Source: Isurus oxyrinchus | Lineage: Eukaryota | Length of the DNA: 64,000 nucleotides | Reading direction: 5' to 3' | Assembly (NCBI GenBank): GCA_026770705.1 | Contig: JANJGN010000242.1 | Span: forward strand, 186,001-250,000 | Shown here: positions 1 to 12,440 of the stretch, piece after piece | Numbering within the stretch: position 1 is the stretch's first letter | Layout: every line of letters starts with the position of its first letter | Made by a program: the position numbers and the translations under genes | Notes under the pieces: model-generated | What the model saw: the letters and a program-made list of their open reading frames with translations, nothing else | Databases searched by the model: none | Told to the model about the DNA's origin: nothing

Positions 1-720
1 GACGATTTGTTTACAACATGAACCTTAAAATTCTGCAACGTTCACTAGACTTCGAGTCTCTTTTTCGGTGGTTGAGTTTGTTTTTCTGATAACATTCAAT
101 GTCCGTGAAAAACGTCCTGTCGACTTCTCCGTTCCAGATGCATCTTGTATTAGTAGATTTCAGAAAGTGAAGGGTAGAGCTTAAGAAAGCAATTAGGAGA
201 GCAAAGAGGGGATATGAGAAAGCTCTGGCTGGTAAACGTAGGGAAAATCCCAAGACAGTCTATAAGTGTATCAATGGGAAGAGGATAACCAAGGATAGAT
301 TAGGACCCATTAGGGACCAAGGGGGAAATCTATGGGTGGGGCCAGAGGACATCGCTAGATTGTTGAATACTTCACATCCATCCTCACCCAGGAGAATGAG
401 GATGAAGGTATGGAACTCGGGGAGAGACTGCGAGGTTTTTAAGCAAATTGATATAGGGAGTGATAAAGTTTTGAAGGAGTTGGTAGGCTTCAAAACGGAC
501 AAATCTCCAGGCCTGGCTGATGTTGGTCCCAGACCGCTGAGGGAGACAAGATGCAGGAGATCTGAACCGAGTTTTCAATTCCTCTCTGGCCACGGGGGAG
601 GTGCCAGAGGACTGGAGAACAGCAAATGTGGTTCCGCTTTTAAGAAGGGCTATAAAGATAAGCCAGGGAACTACAGACCAGTGAGTCTCACATCAGTGGT
701 AGGGAAACAATTGGAGAAAA
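1..720 (+). mobile_element. CR1 LINE ORF2 fragment (degenerate)
   Basis: Translation gives CR1 ORF2 motifs DKSPG and FKKG.KDKPGNYRPVSLTSVVGK, with frameshifts. Confidence 0.85.
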
Positions 721-3700
721 ATCACTTGCAACCACTGCCAACTTAAACTGCTTGGCATAATTAGGGACTGCCAAAACTGGTGTCTTCATCAGCACTGTTT
801 TTAAACTGTCAAAGGCATTCTGACAACTATTACACATTGCAAGGGTTCAATTTATTATAAGTGATGATATAGCTGGGTCACAGAAGTTGGTGATGCCTGC
901 TATAGTTGACTAGCCTGTGAAGGTGCATTCAACAGAGAATGTGCCCGTTGAAACTTGCTTTATTTAATACTTCAGTCATTGGAGAAAGGACACTGCTACT
1001 ATTTGGTGCAAACTTCCAGTAAAATCCACACATGCCCTGAAATCTCATAATTTCTCGTTTTCTTGTAGACACTGGGAGATTCGCGATGGCTTTTATTTTT
1101 ACATCTCTTGGAGCAACCTGACTATGTCCAATGGTATGGCCTAGATATATAACATGCACTTTTGTAGATTCACTCTTAGCCAAGTTCACCATCGAATTAG
1201 CTTTTTGTAGTGAATCAAACAGTTCTTCCAAATGTTGTAAATGCTCTCCCAAGTTTGACTGAAAACTACCAAGTCATCAATATAAACAGTACAATTGCTC
1301 AGGCCTGAAATTACTTTGTTTGTCAGTCTTTTAAATGTTGCTGGTGCATTCTTCATACCAATTGGAATAACCTGAAACTAAAATAGTCCATCTAGTGTCA
1401 CAAAAGCTGATATCTCTTTGGTCTGACTGATAATGGTACTTACCAATATCCTTGCAGCAAGTCAATCTTTGTGATAAACTCTGATTGTCCCATTCTCTCA
1501 GTACAATTTTCCAAGTGTGGAATAGAATATCAATCTGCTCTTGTCACCGCATTCACTTTTCGACGATCAATACACAGTCTTTAAGTTGCGACTGAGGCCA
1601 AAAATTTTCTTCTCCTTTTGCCTGAGTTTTCCTCATTCTTAAATGGCATGGTATTGGAATTTCATCAGCTACTCTAAATATTTCATTTCTGTATCCAGAT
1701 GGTATAACTGTTTGATGTACTACTTCACATTTCTCATTTGCTGAAACATAAGGCGGCCTCCACCTCCTCATTAGCACATTATCTTTAAGTGAATAAAATT
1801 CTGGAATACATTCTGCTTCTGCTTACGAATAAGCTTTTTGGTATAACTTTTTTATTTGCGAATATATATGCTGTAACTGAACTAAAATTTCCCCCTCATT
1901 CTGTTCAATCACCTCTTCATGCAGAACTTTTTCAATGACTGATCCAGCTAACTGAATGTCAGCATCTTTTCCCTGCCTTTTACATTCTTCCTCTTCCTAT
2001 TTCAACCTGTGGAATAGCAATCTAGTTACACACAATCTGGAAACAATCCAGGATATTCTTTCAGCAACATCTCTGATAATGCACCGCCAGAGGCTGGTGA
2101 ACTATAGTAGACATCACCAAATTCTGTGACCCAGCTATATCATCACTTATAATAAATGGAACCCTTGCAATGGGCAATTTTTCCGCTACTCCAACAATCA
2201 ACTCGCCTGTTTACAACTTACTTTTTAAATTTACCTACCACAATGGAATAGGTTTTGCAGCTCCATGAATTCCACTTATTACCACTCTTTCCTGCAATAT
2301 TCCTTCTGTACAACAAATAGAACTTTCCCATAACATTAAAGATTGACGAGCTCCTGTATTCCTTAAAATTCTAATGTATTTGCCTGCTCCACCCTATACA
2401 CATGAAAAGACTTTCCTTTCATGGACAAAATATTTAAACATTTCTGTAATGGTGAGGAGGTGGCGTAGTGGCATTGTCACTGGACTGATAATTCAGAGAC
2501 ACAAGATAATGTTCTGGGGACTAGGCTTGAATCCCACCATGGCAGTGGGTGAAATTTGAATTTGGTAAAAAAAATGAAATGACTGTGGAACCATTGTTAA
2601 TTGTTATAAAAACACATCTGGTTCACTAATGTCCTTTAGGGAAGGAAATCTGCAGTCTGGTCCTACATGCGACTTCAGATCCATAATAATGTGGTTGATT
2701 TTTAAATGCCCTCTGCAGGAGTGCAATTAGGATGGGCAATAAATGCTAGTGAGTGATACCCACACCCTGTGAATGAATTTAAAAAAAAACTGCCCTTCAG
2801 AACGCCCTTGGATAAAATGTGTGCACATTCCCACTTCTTTACCTATTACTAATTCATCCTGAATCACCTGTACAAATGCCATTGCTTTTTCCTGCTTCTG
2901 GATCTCTGAACACACAATACTCTTACTTCCAGAACTTTTCCGTGTTCCAGCTATTGCAATAGGGTTTTCCTGTAGCTTCCAACAGACTGTCTTCGTGTGC
3001 CTCACCTTATTACAACGAAAACACCTCAGTTTTCAAGTGTCATTTCTGCCCTCAGAACCTTCCTTTTTAGTCTGAAGTGAAACTCCCTGAAAATTCCCAA
3101 CTGCTCCTTCACTTCCCTAACTTCCTACTTTCCTTTCACCTCCCCAGTGTCCATCTTTCTCAGATTTAAAAGGGTGACGATAAAAAGGTTTAGATCTATG
3201 GACTCACTCATTATCATTAGTTATTTCTGCTGCTTGCCGAGCTGTTTCAACCCTCTGTCCTTCCACGTGAGTTCAAACTACATAAAGAATTGAATTTTTA
3301 AATTCTTCCAAAATAATTACTTCTCTAAGAGCTCAAATGTTGTCTCTACCTTTAATCCCCACATTCAGTGGTCAAAATTACTGTGTTCCACTCTTTCAAA
3401 CTCAAATATAAGTCTGACCAAGCTGCTTCCTTATATTCCAAAATCTCTGTCTGTACACTTCAGGAACCAAAAAAGACTTTCCTCTATTCACCATAAGCCA
3501 CCCGTTTTGACAGATACCTCATGAGCTCTACCTACCAACCTAGACTGCAAAAGCAATGTCTAAATTTCTTGTGGCCATTTCATCTGCTTAGTTATCTTCT
3601 CAAATGAAATAAAGAACAGCTCTACATCCCTTTCCTCAAACTTTGCAAGAGCCTGTAAAAATTTTAACATCTCCCTACTGGCTTGCAAGTTTAAAGCAGT

Positions 3701-4315
3701 CAATTCAACATCAGAACCTTCCTCAGCATCTGAGATTTATTTTAAATTTCAGCTTTCTAAGCTGATATTCTCTTTCTCATTCCTTTCCTCTTTCCTCCAT
3801 TGCTAAATTCTCCAGTTACAATTTTATTCCTGTATACTTTCTCTCTCCTGCCTTTCTGCTTGGTCCCTTTGAAATGCACGGTCTCTTTCCTTTTTCCTTT
3901 AATCATTTTTTTCATTTCCACTGCTTGTTCAAGTTCAAGCTTTTTCATTTGTAACTGAAGTTTCTCTACCTCCAGCTGTGACTCACTATTTTCAGGTATC
4001 CCTTCCAATTTCAAATGCTTCGTCATTATTTCAATTATATCTGCTTTCTTTGCCTCTGTGGCTAAACCTAACTGTAACTTATCGAACAATTATGTTAACT
4101 GACCCTTAGTTCCTTTGTGTAAACCAATGAGGGTTATATATACTACTTCCAGAAAGTCTTAGCAATGGATAAAGTCATATTTGCAGTCTCACCACTTTAA
4201 AATCCCTCAACACCAACTCCTGAGTTCAATGTTCTTCTCATACTCGTAGCCTTAAGATTCACCAACTCCAACGCAATCAAGGAATTTCAAATATCCCACC
4301 AAGAGCCCTCAATTT
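721..4315 (-). mobile_element. Gmr1-like Ty3/Gypsy LTR retrotransposon internal region (gag, protease, integrase Zn domain, RT, RNase H connection); internally deleted and degenerate
   Basis: Minus-strand order: gag (PKFEERDVELFFISFEKI, VPEVYRQRF; about 4190-3200), protease (ILRNTGARQSL; about 2370), integrase zinc-binding region (VIPSGYRNEIFRVA..IP..CHLRMRKTQ; 1553-1777), RT (KIDLLQGYW, YIDDLVVFS, YLGHTIG, RFQGMCGFY; 929-1520) and connection (CQNAFDSLKTVLMKTPVLAVP; 720-820). Confidence 0.8.
2450..2790 (+). mobile_element. tRNA-derived Deu-domain SINE (SacSINE1-like) inserted in the LTR element
   Basis: tRNA-like head GGTGGCGTAGTGG...GAATCCC, core GGTTCACTAATGTCCTTTAGGGAAGGAAATCTG...AATGTGGTTGA, tail GGGCAATAAATGC...GAATGAAT and an A-run. 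Confidence 0.75.
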
Positions 4316-5234
4316 TGTTATGATATGGCAGGTGGTATTAACCAGGCTGACTAAATCCACAGGCGAAACTTGACCATGTTATCACAACAGTTTTGCCATT
4401 TGTATTTTCTATGAAGTTTGTGTGCTGAATTCAGAAGTAATGAATACACTAACACCTTTCCAAATTTTAAAAATGAAATTGAAACATTTATTAACAATAG
4501 AAAAGAATAATGCACATACACAAGATCACAATTACATGGTTACTTAATAGTATAACAATTCCCAAATTTCCCAGTTAGACAGACACCCAATTACACACCC
4601 CCTTTAATGCAACAGTCCAAAATAGATTTTTAATGTATAGCAACAATCCAGCAAAGTTAACACAAGCACCCACTCGACAGTGGTATCCCAAAGGAATTTA
4701 ACACAACTTTGGTTACTGGAAGACCAGGCTTCTGCAAAGTGGCTAGAGGCCTTTCCCTCAGTCTGTTTCACACGGTGCACCTTTCAGATATTACACGACC
4801 ACCTCACACACAGCCTTCCATCCTTCTTTAAATATATTTCTTCCCCTTTAATGTGTAAACCCCATTGTTCCTTCATGTCTTTGGAATTTACTTTTCCCAT
4901 AATATGAAAATCTTTTATCTTGTCATTATAGCCATCACTTTTGGGAAAACTCAACACAATAACCTGCCTTATCTATATTGTTAGTTGTAAACACCCAATT
5001 TGTCTCTTTGAAAATCAAATACCTCTCTACTTGTCTTAAAATGCAAATTCTAACTGCTGAGAACTTACCCGAGTTCACTCATTCACATTTCACAAGCCCT
5101 TTCTTTTGTGACTTCTTTGATGATTTCAACCTTGCAGTCCATCCATCTGTAATTTAATTAAATCAGCCACAAACATAAGCCTACTTTACAATATCCCACA
5201 TTACTACGATGAAAAATGTGATAGCTTCATGACA
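4316..5234 (-). mobile_element. 5' LTR of the Gmr1-like element
   Basis: Termini TGTCATGA...TCATAACA on the minus strand. Followed by a degenerate tRNA-Pro-type primer binding site (TTGAGGGCTCTTGGTGGGAT, about 4293-4312) and then gag. Confidence 0.7.
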
Positions 5235-5759
5235 GATTTAATAGGTTAAGTTTTTTCTGTTTTGATAAACAAATAACCAGAATGTGTTGACATGTTATCA
5301 CCAAGTTAGCAAGACGTTACTAAAGTAAAAAACGATCAATACACAAAAGCTTGGAGTTCTTGACCATATCTTCTTCGAGCAGACTGATCAGATTAGGATA
5401 ATGTGCTCACAATTCTTTCTGATGAATCCTCCCATGAGTATCCAGTAATCTCATGGTGTCTGTATGCAAAGGTTATGTCATAGAAATAAAAACAGTAAAC
5501 CAGTGTCTCAGTTTTCCCTAGTTTCCGAACTTGTTTAAAGGGGGACAGATAATTCTGTCAAAGCACAAATCTTTTAGGGATCGACACTCAAACAATTTGA
5601 AATGAATTCCAGGATCTCTGATCTGTACTATATCCATGAGCAGAAATGTGTTTCCAGACAGGAAGTAGGTCAATAGCCTCTCTCCACTTTGTTATTGTCA
5701 TTTTTACAGTTGTCATGACCATCAAACCCTTTTGCACAGAGACAAAAACCCTCCATGCA

Positions 5760-7255
5760 GGTTGAACTCACTGATGAGTCAGAAGTTTAAATAACTGAGT
5801 GAATCTTCCCACATAAGTAGCAGGTGAACAGTCTCTGCCCAATGTGAACGCGCTGCTCTGTCCAGAGTTTGGATGAATTCATCAATCAAACTCGCATATA
5901 TATCACCTGCACAGTCTTTCTCCAGTGAGAACATGTTGGTGATTCATCAGGTCAGTTGATTCTGTGAATCCTTTCCAGCACAGGATGCAGGTGAATGACT
6001 GAGTTAATTCCCACCCACAAAGGGAGCAGGTGATTGGCCTCTACCCAGTGAGAACTTGCTGGTGTCTCAGAAAGGTGCATGCCTGATTGAATCTATTTCC
6101 ACGCTCCATGCATGAGACGGCCTCTCCCCAATGTGACTGCACTGGTGTAACAGTGAGGTGAGATGACTGCCTGAACTCAGTCCCACAGTGAGAGAGACTG
6201 AAAGGTTTCAAATCAGTGAACATTTTGATGGGACAATAGATCCCGGGAACTTTTATAGCACTTCCTGCAGTCTGGGCATTTAAAAGGTCTCTAGCCGATG
6301 TGAACTCGTTGGTGTCTCAGCAGGTTGGATGAGAGAGTGAATCCCTTCCCACAATTGGAGGAGGTGAATGACCTTTCCCCAATGTGAACTCGCTGAAGGG
6401 TCAGCAGGTGTGATAAACAAGTGAATCCCTTCCCGCACATAGAGCAGGTGACCAGCCCCCCAACACCACCACCCCCCGCCCCCAGTGTGAATTTGCCGGT
6501 GCCTCAGCAGATGGGATGAGATATTGAATCTCTTTCTGCATTCAGAGCAGGTGAAAGGTCTCTCCCCAATGTGAACCCGTTGGTGTGCAGTGATTTCAAA
6601 TGATCGCCTGAAACCAATGCCACAGTAAACGCACATGAACCTCAGTTTGAACACGTTGAAGAGACCTCAGTTCCCCAAAACTTTTATAGCACTTCCTGCA
6701 GTCTGGGCATTTAAGAGGTCTCTCCCCAGTGTGAACCCGCCAGTATTTCTGCAGGTGGGATGACCGAGTGAACCCCTTCGCACACTGGGGGCAGGTGAAT
6801 GGCCTCTCCCCAGTGTAAATTCGCTGGTGAGTCAGCATGTGCGATAACTGAGTGAATCCCTTCCCCTGAGTGAATGGCCTCTCCCCAATGTGAATGCGCT
6901 TGTGTGCCAGCAGCTGGGGTGACTGAGCGAATGTATTGCCGCACACAGAGCAAATGAATGGCCTCTTCCCAGTGTGAATTCGCCGGTGTTTCAGCAAGCT
7001 GGATGAATGAGTCAATCTCTTCCCGCACTCGGGACAGATGAATGGTCTCTATCCAGTGTGAGTGTGTCGATGAGTTTCCAGCTCAGATGGATAACGAAAT
7101 GTCTGCTCACAATCCCCACATTTCCACAGTTTCTCCCCAGTGTGACTGTGCTTGTGTTTCGACAGGCCAGATGATCGGCTGAATCCTCGTCCACACACAG
7201 GACACGTGTGCGGTTTCTCTCCGCTGTGAACGGTGCCTTTTCCTTCCATGTTCAA
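5760..7255 (-). pseudogene. Tandem C2H2 (Kruppel-type) zinc-finger gene, inactivated
   Basis: Repeated CxxC...HxxxH-TGE(K/R)PF fingers. In-frame TAG at 7049-7051, one finger lacking CxxC ([10 protein letters not shown]), frameshift near 6640, increasingly decayed fingers towards 5760. Acceptor-like TTTTACAG near 7355. Confidence 0.85.
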
Positions 7256-7714
7256 AATCCGATGATATTCAGGTTACGATAAATTGGGCGACTCTGTCAA
7301 ATCCTAATATTTGGTTTCAGTTTCCCAACAGCAAATCCGCCCATTCTAACACGCTGTAAAATGGATTTAAAACAGAAAAAATGCTGCGAGAGAACCCACA
7401 AAAACACAATGAGAGCGAAAGAGAGAGAGGTGGAGCAGCAGGGGTTGGGGGGGGGGGGGGTGGTGGAGTGGGCGGGGGAGCTGGGGGTGTGGGGGGGTTC
7501 GGGGGGGGTGCGGGGGTGGGGGGGAAAGGAAAGGGATTTTATGTATCACCAATTCGACTTCGAACTTTGACAGAATCTGCCATAAACTGAACCTCCAGGA
7601 CCAGGGTAACCTGTGTATGTGAACATCAACAATTATAAGTTCCCCTCCAAGTCACACACAGTCCTGACTTCTCTGTCATCCAGTACTGCATGAACTGAAA
7701 TTTCCTCCATTTAA

Positions 7715-8965
7715 ATATTGGGAAGACCAAAACCATTTTGTTCAGTCCCTAGTATAAACTCCACTCCGCTGCAACTGACTCTGGGAATCTGTGTGGGATT
7801 GAATCAGACTGTTCACAACGTCGGTGTTATTTTGCACCCGAAGATGAGCTTTCAACTGCATATCCACATCATCACCAAGACTGCCTATTTTCAACTCAGC
7901 AACATCTCCTGACTCCATCCTTATCTCAGCTCATCTGCTGCTGAAACCATCATCCATTCATTCGTTACCTTTAGACTTAACTATCGTAACACACTCCCGG
8001 CCGGCCTCCCACATTCAACTTCCCCCTAATGTTGAGCTCACCCAGATCTCTGTTGACGGTGTGCTTCCTCACAGCAAGTCTTCTTTGCTCATCACCCCTA
8101 TGCTCACTGACTTACAAAAGCTCCCATTTAAAAAGTACCTACATTTTTAAATTAATATGCTTGTTTTGAAATTCCTCCATGCTCTTGTCCCTCTGTCTCT
8201 GTAATCTCCTCCGTGCTCTTGTCCCTTTCTATCTCTGTAATCTCCTCCATGTTCTTGACCCTCTCTCTCTCTGTAATCTCCTCAATGCTCTTGTCCCTCT
8301 CTATCTCTGTAATCTCCTCCATGATCTTGACTTCCCCTGACTCTTTAATCTCCACCGTGCTCTTGTCCCCCTCCGTCTCTGTAATCTCCTCCGTGCTCTT
8401 GTCCCTTTCTGTCTCTGTAATCTCCTCCATGCTCTTGTCCCTTTCTGTCTCTGTAATCTCCTCCGTCCTCTTGTCCCTCCCTGTCTCTGTAATCTCCTCC
8501 ATGCTCTTGTCCCTCCCTGTCTCTATAATCTCCTCCTTGGTTTTGTCCTTCTCTGTCACTGTAATCTCCTCCATTTTCTTGTCCCTTCCTGTCTCTGTAA
8601 TCTCCTCCTTGCTCTTGTCCGTCTCTGCCTCTGTAATCTCCTCCAGCTGCACAATCCTCTCAAATATCTGCAGTCGTATAATCTCTTTTGAGCATTCCCG
8701 ATTTTAATCCCTCCATCTTTGTGGCCACTGCTTCTGCAGTTGCAAAGACCACAAACCTCCTCCTTAAAACTCTCTATCTCTCTACGTCACTTCTCTCCTT
8801 TAGGATTATCCTCAAAACCTACCTCTGACCAAATTTTGGACACCTGCCCTCAAATCTCCTCATGGAACTCAGTGCCACATGTTGCTTTATAATACACCTG
8901 GTTAAACACTTTGGAATGTTCCATTACACAAAAGGAACTATATAAATACAAGTTGCTGTTGATAA
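7715..8965 (+). mobile_element. L2-clade LINE 3' fragment containing an expanded minisatellite
   Basis: TVHNVGVILHPKMSFQLHI..ITKTAYFQLSNIS...AETIIHSFVT.RL resembles the L2 RT C-terminus. Ends in TATATAAATACAAGTTGCTGTTG. Confidence 0.65.
8172..8645. repeat. 36-bp minisatellite, about 13 copies
   Basis: Unit approximately CTCCATGCTCTTGTCCCTTTCTGTCTCTGTAATCTC, producing 12-aa repeat ORFs on both strands. Confidence 0.95.
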
Positions 8966-10870
8966 TTTTTATTTATCCATTGCTTTGTGGCCAGCCCTAG
9001 TTGCCATTGAGAAGGTGGTGTTGAGCTGCCTTTTTGAACCGCTGCAGTCCTCGTGGAGTAGGTACACACACAGTCCTGCTACGGAGTTCCAGGAATTTGA
9101 CTCAGCGATAGTGAAGGTACTGATATATATTGCTATATATTTCCAAGATAGGATAGTGAATGACTTGGAGGGGAACTTCCAGGTGGTGGTGTTCCCATGT
9201 GTCTGCTACCCTTGTTCTTCTAGATGGCAGTGGTCGTGGGTTTGGAAGATGTTGAAGGAGCCTTGGTAAGTTCCTGCAGTGCATCTTGTATACAGTAGAC
9301 GCTGCTGCTACTGTGCGTCGGTAGTGGAGGGAGTGAATGTTTGTGGCAAAGGTGACAGTCAAGCGGGCAGCTTTGACTTGGATGGTGTCAGGCTTTTTAA
9401 GTACTGCTGGAGCTGCACTCATCCAGACAAATGGAGAATATTCGATCACAGTCCTGACTTGTGCATTGTATATGGTGTCTGACTTTGGGGAGTTAGGAGG
9501 TGAGTTAATCGCAACAAACCTCCTAGCTCTTGTAGCCACAGTATTTATATAGCTAATCCAGTTCAGTTTCTGGTCAATGGCAACCCCCAAGATGTTGATA
9601 GTGGGAGATTCACCAATGGTAATGCCATTGAATGTCAAGGGACGATGGTTGTATACTCTCTTGCTGGAGATTGTCATTGCCTGACACCTTTGTGGTGTGA
9701 ATGTTATTTGGGACGTGTCAGCCCAAGCCCTGAACATTGTCTAGGCCATGCTGCATTTGGACGTGGGCTGCTTCAGTATCTGATGAATAGCGAATGGTGT
9801 TGAACATTATGTAATCATCAGTGAACACACGTGTTTCTGGCCCTATAATGGAAGGAAGGTCATTGAGTATGCAACTGAAGCTGGTTGGGCCGAGCGTACT
9901 ACCCTGAGGAACTCCTGCATTGATGTCCTCGAGCTGAGATGACTGACCTCCAACAACCACAAACATTTTCCTCTGTGCCAGCTATGAGACAAACCAGCAG
10001 AGAGTTTTCGCCCTGATTCCCATTGACACGTTTTTTTCGCACTCCTTCATGCCACACTCAGTCAAATGCTGCCTTCGTCACTCTCACCTCACCTCTGAAG
10101 TACAGCTCTTTTGTTCATGTTTGAACCAATGTGGTCAGGGGCTGAGTGGCCCTGGTGGAACCCAAATTGGGCATCGGTGAGCAGGTTATTTGCTGAGCAA
10201 ATACCACTTGATAGCAGTATTGATTATCCCTTCCATCACTTTACACTGATGGGGCGATAATTAGCCTTGTTGGATTTGCCTTGCTTTTTGTGTAGATTAC
10301 TTAGGCATTTTTCCACATTGGCACCTAGACGTTAGTGTTTTAGCTGTACTGGAATAGCTAGGCTAGAGGCACAGAAATATTTGGAGCAGAAACCTTCAAT
10401 ACTATTGCCAGAATATGGTCACGGTCATCGCCTTTGCAGCATATATTATATTCAGCCGTTTCCTGATTTCACATTGAGTGAATCGAATTGGCTGAAGAGT
10501 AGCATCTGTGATGCTGTGGACCTCCGAAGGAGGCCAAGAAGGATCATCCACTCGGCACATCTGCATGAAGACTGTAGCAAATTCTTCGGCCGTATCTTTT
10601 ACACTGATGTGCTGGGCTCCCTCATCATTGAGGATGGGAACATTTGTAGAGCCTCATGCTCCAGTGAGTTGTTTAATTGCCCACCACAATTCACTGGTGA
10701 TCTGATCTAGATCTGATTCGTTGCTTGTGGAATCACTTAGCTCTGCTTATTGCTTGTTGCTTATGATGTTTGGCATGATGGCGGTCCTGTGTTGTAGCTG
10801 CGCCACGTTGACACTTCATTTTTAGGTATGCCTGGTGCTGCTCCTAGCATGCCCTCCTGCACTATTCATC
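8965..10870 (-). mobile_element. CR1/L2-group LINE 3' half (RT) sharing its 3' tail with the Deu-SINEs
   Basis: RT motifs AGVPQGSTLGP, FTDD, ESPTINILGVAIDQKLNW. The 3' end matches the SINE tail GGACTGCAGCGGTTCAA...CACCACCTTCTCAA.GGCAA. Confidence 0.8.
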
Positions 10871-12149
10871 GCTGTTTGTATAATTAAAACAGAGAATAGG
10901 TATCTGCAGAATACTTGTTCCTCTAACAATATCCTTTTCTATTAGACAAGCAGTGTCCCTTTAACAACCTGATCTTTCCTGGAATCTACCTCCATTTGAC
11001 AATTTCACATTGGAAATTGCTGGGTCTGACTGGGTTCCAAAGTTGTCGGGATTAAACCCAGCAGCTTCTCCTCCATCTCAAAGTGACTCAACAAAGGAAA
11101 GGGAATTGGACAAGCACCTGAAGAGAAAGAAAATGCTGAGCTGCGATGAAAGGGCAGTGGAGTGGGACTAACTGATTTGTTCTTGCAGAGAACCAGCAGG
11201 GGCTCAATAGACTCAAGGACTCTTTCTCAATTGTAGCCATTCATTGACTTTACGATTCAATGAAAATGGATAAACACATGAGGCCAAGGACCAACCTTTG
11301 CAGCCAACACCCACCCTGACACAAATCGGTTCTTAATTGGTCCATCTCGGTTTCTAGAATCAGTTCTGTGAGAAACGCCTTCAATAAAATAAAAGCAAAA
11401 TACTGCAGCTGCTGGAAACCTGAAATAAAATGACAAATGCTCGAAAAACACAGGACGTCAGGCCTATTTGTGGAGAGAGAAACAGAGTTAACATTTCAGG
11501 GTACACAGAATAAATTATTAAGAATAAAAAATGTGCAGAACTTGATGGCCAGTATAAATTCAGAAACAAAAGAGAAACGGGCGAAGGCGCTAAAAACAAT
11601 TCCTTACTATGGAAGACACTGTGGGATGATAAAGCTGGGAAGCCAGCAGCACATGGTCAGGGAAAGGGCAGCAGTAGAATCCTCATTTAGACATGGTTAG
11701 CAATAGTAATAATAAAATACGAAACTGAGCTAAAATACACCCATTATTAGAGACAGAGAAAGTTAGACAATGGCAGAGAGGTGATCAGGGAGGGCAGAGG
11801 TGAAACGGAGCAATGGATGGACATGGATTCAGATCCACAGCAAAGAGCCACACCAGCCCGCGAGACATGGAACCTCTTGCAGATAACAGAGGATAGCACA
11901 AGCTCTAAATGGTATATAAATAATCAAAAATATTCACCTCTGAAAGAATTTCACTATTTTCAATATTAAAATCTCCCACTGGAGCCTACAGCTGGCAAGA
12001 TATCAGAAGCACTGGAGTCAGAGAAAAATCTCCCAGTTGAGGAAATACTCGAGAAGCGGGGTGATGTCACCGCGCAATTGTCGGTGTGTGGTGACATCAC
12101 AGACATAAACACAGAATATCTAGGTCTGTGCAAACCAGTGATCACCACA

Positions 12150-12440
12150 CATTTTGAAGAATATGTGGGTCCTTGAGAAGGTACAGAGGAGATATACCAG
12201 AATGGTTCCGGTGATGAGGGATTTTAGCTGCAAGGTTCGGTTGGAGAAACTGGGATTGTTCTCCTTAGAGCAAAGGAGATTGAGGGCAGATTTGATAGAG
12301 GTGCACAAGGTTATGATAGGTTCAGGGAAATTATTAGTTAATCGGAAATGTATGACAGACACAGATTTCAGATAAAAACTATAGGGGGGATGTGAGGAAG
12401 AAATTTTATACAGTGATTGGTCATGACGTGGAACTCAATG
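12150..12440 (+). mobile_element. CR1 3' fragment
   Basis: LEKVQRRYTRMVP...RLEKLGLFSLEQRRLRADLIEV. Confidence 0.85.

Noticed and set aside
2455-2545. tRNA-like A/B boxes
   Set aside because: SINE heads with no complete cloverleaf; not tRNA genes.
7361-7590. Gly- and Pro-rich ORFs (also 16396-16881 and 55333-55654)
   Set aside because: G-run low-complexity tracts, at least partly from Penelope-type remnants.
8152-8707. 166-aa and 164-aa repetitive ORFs on both strands
   Set aside because: By-product of a 36-bp stop-free minisatellite inside an L2 fragment; no gene context.
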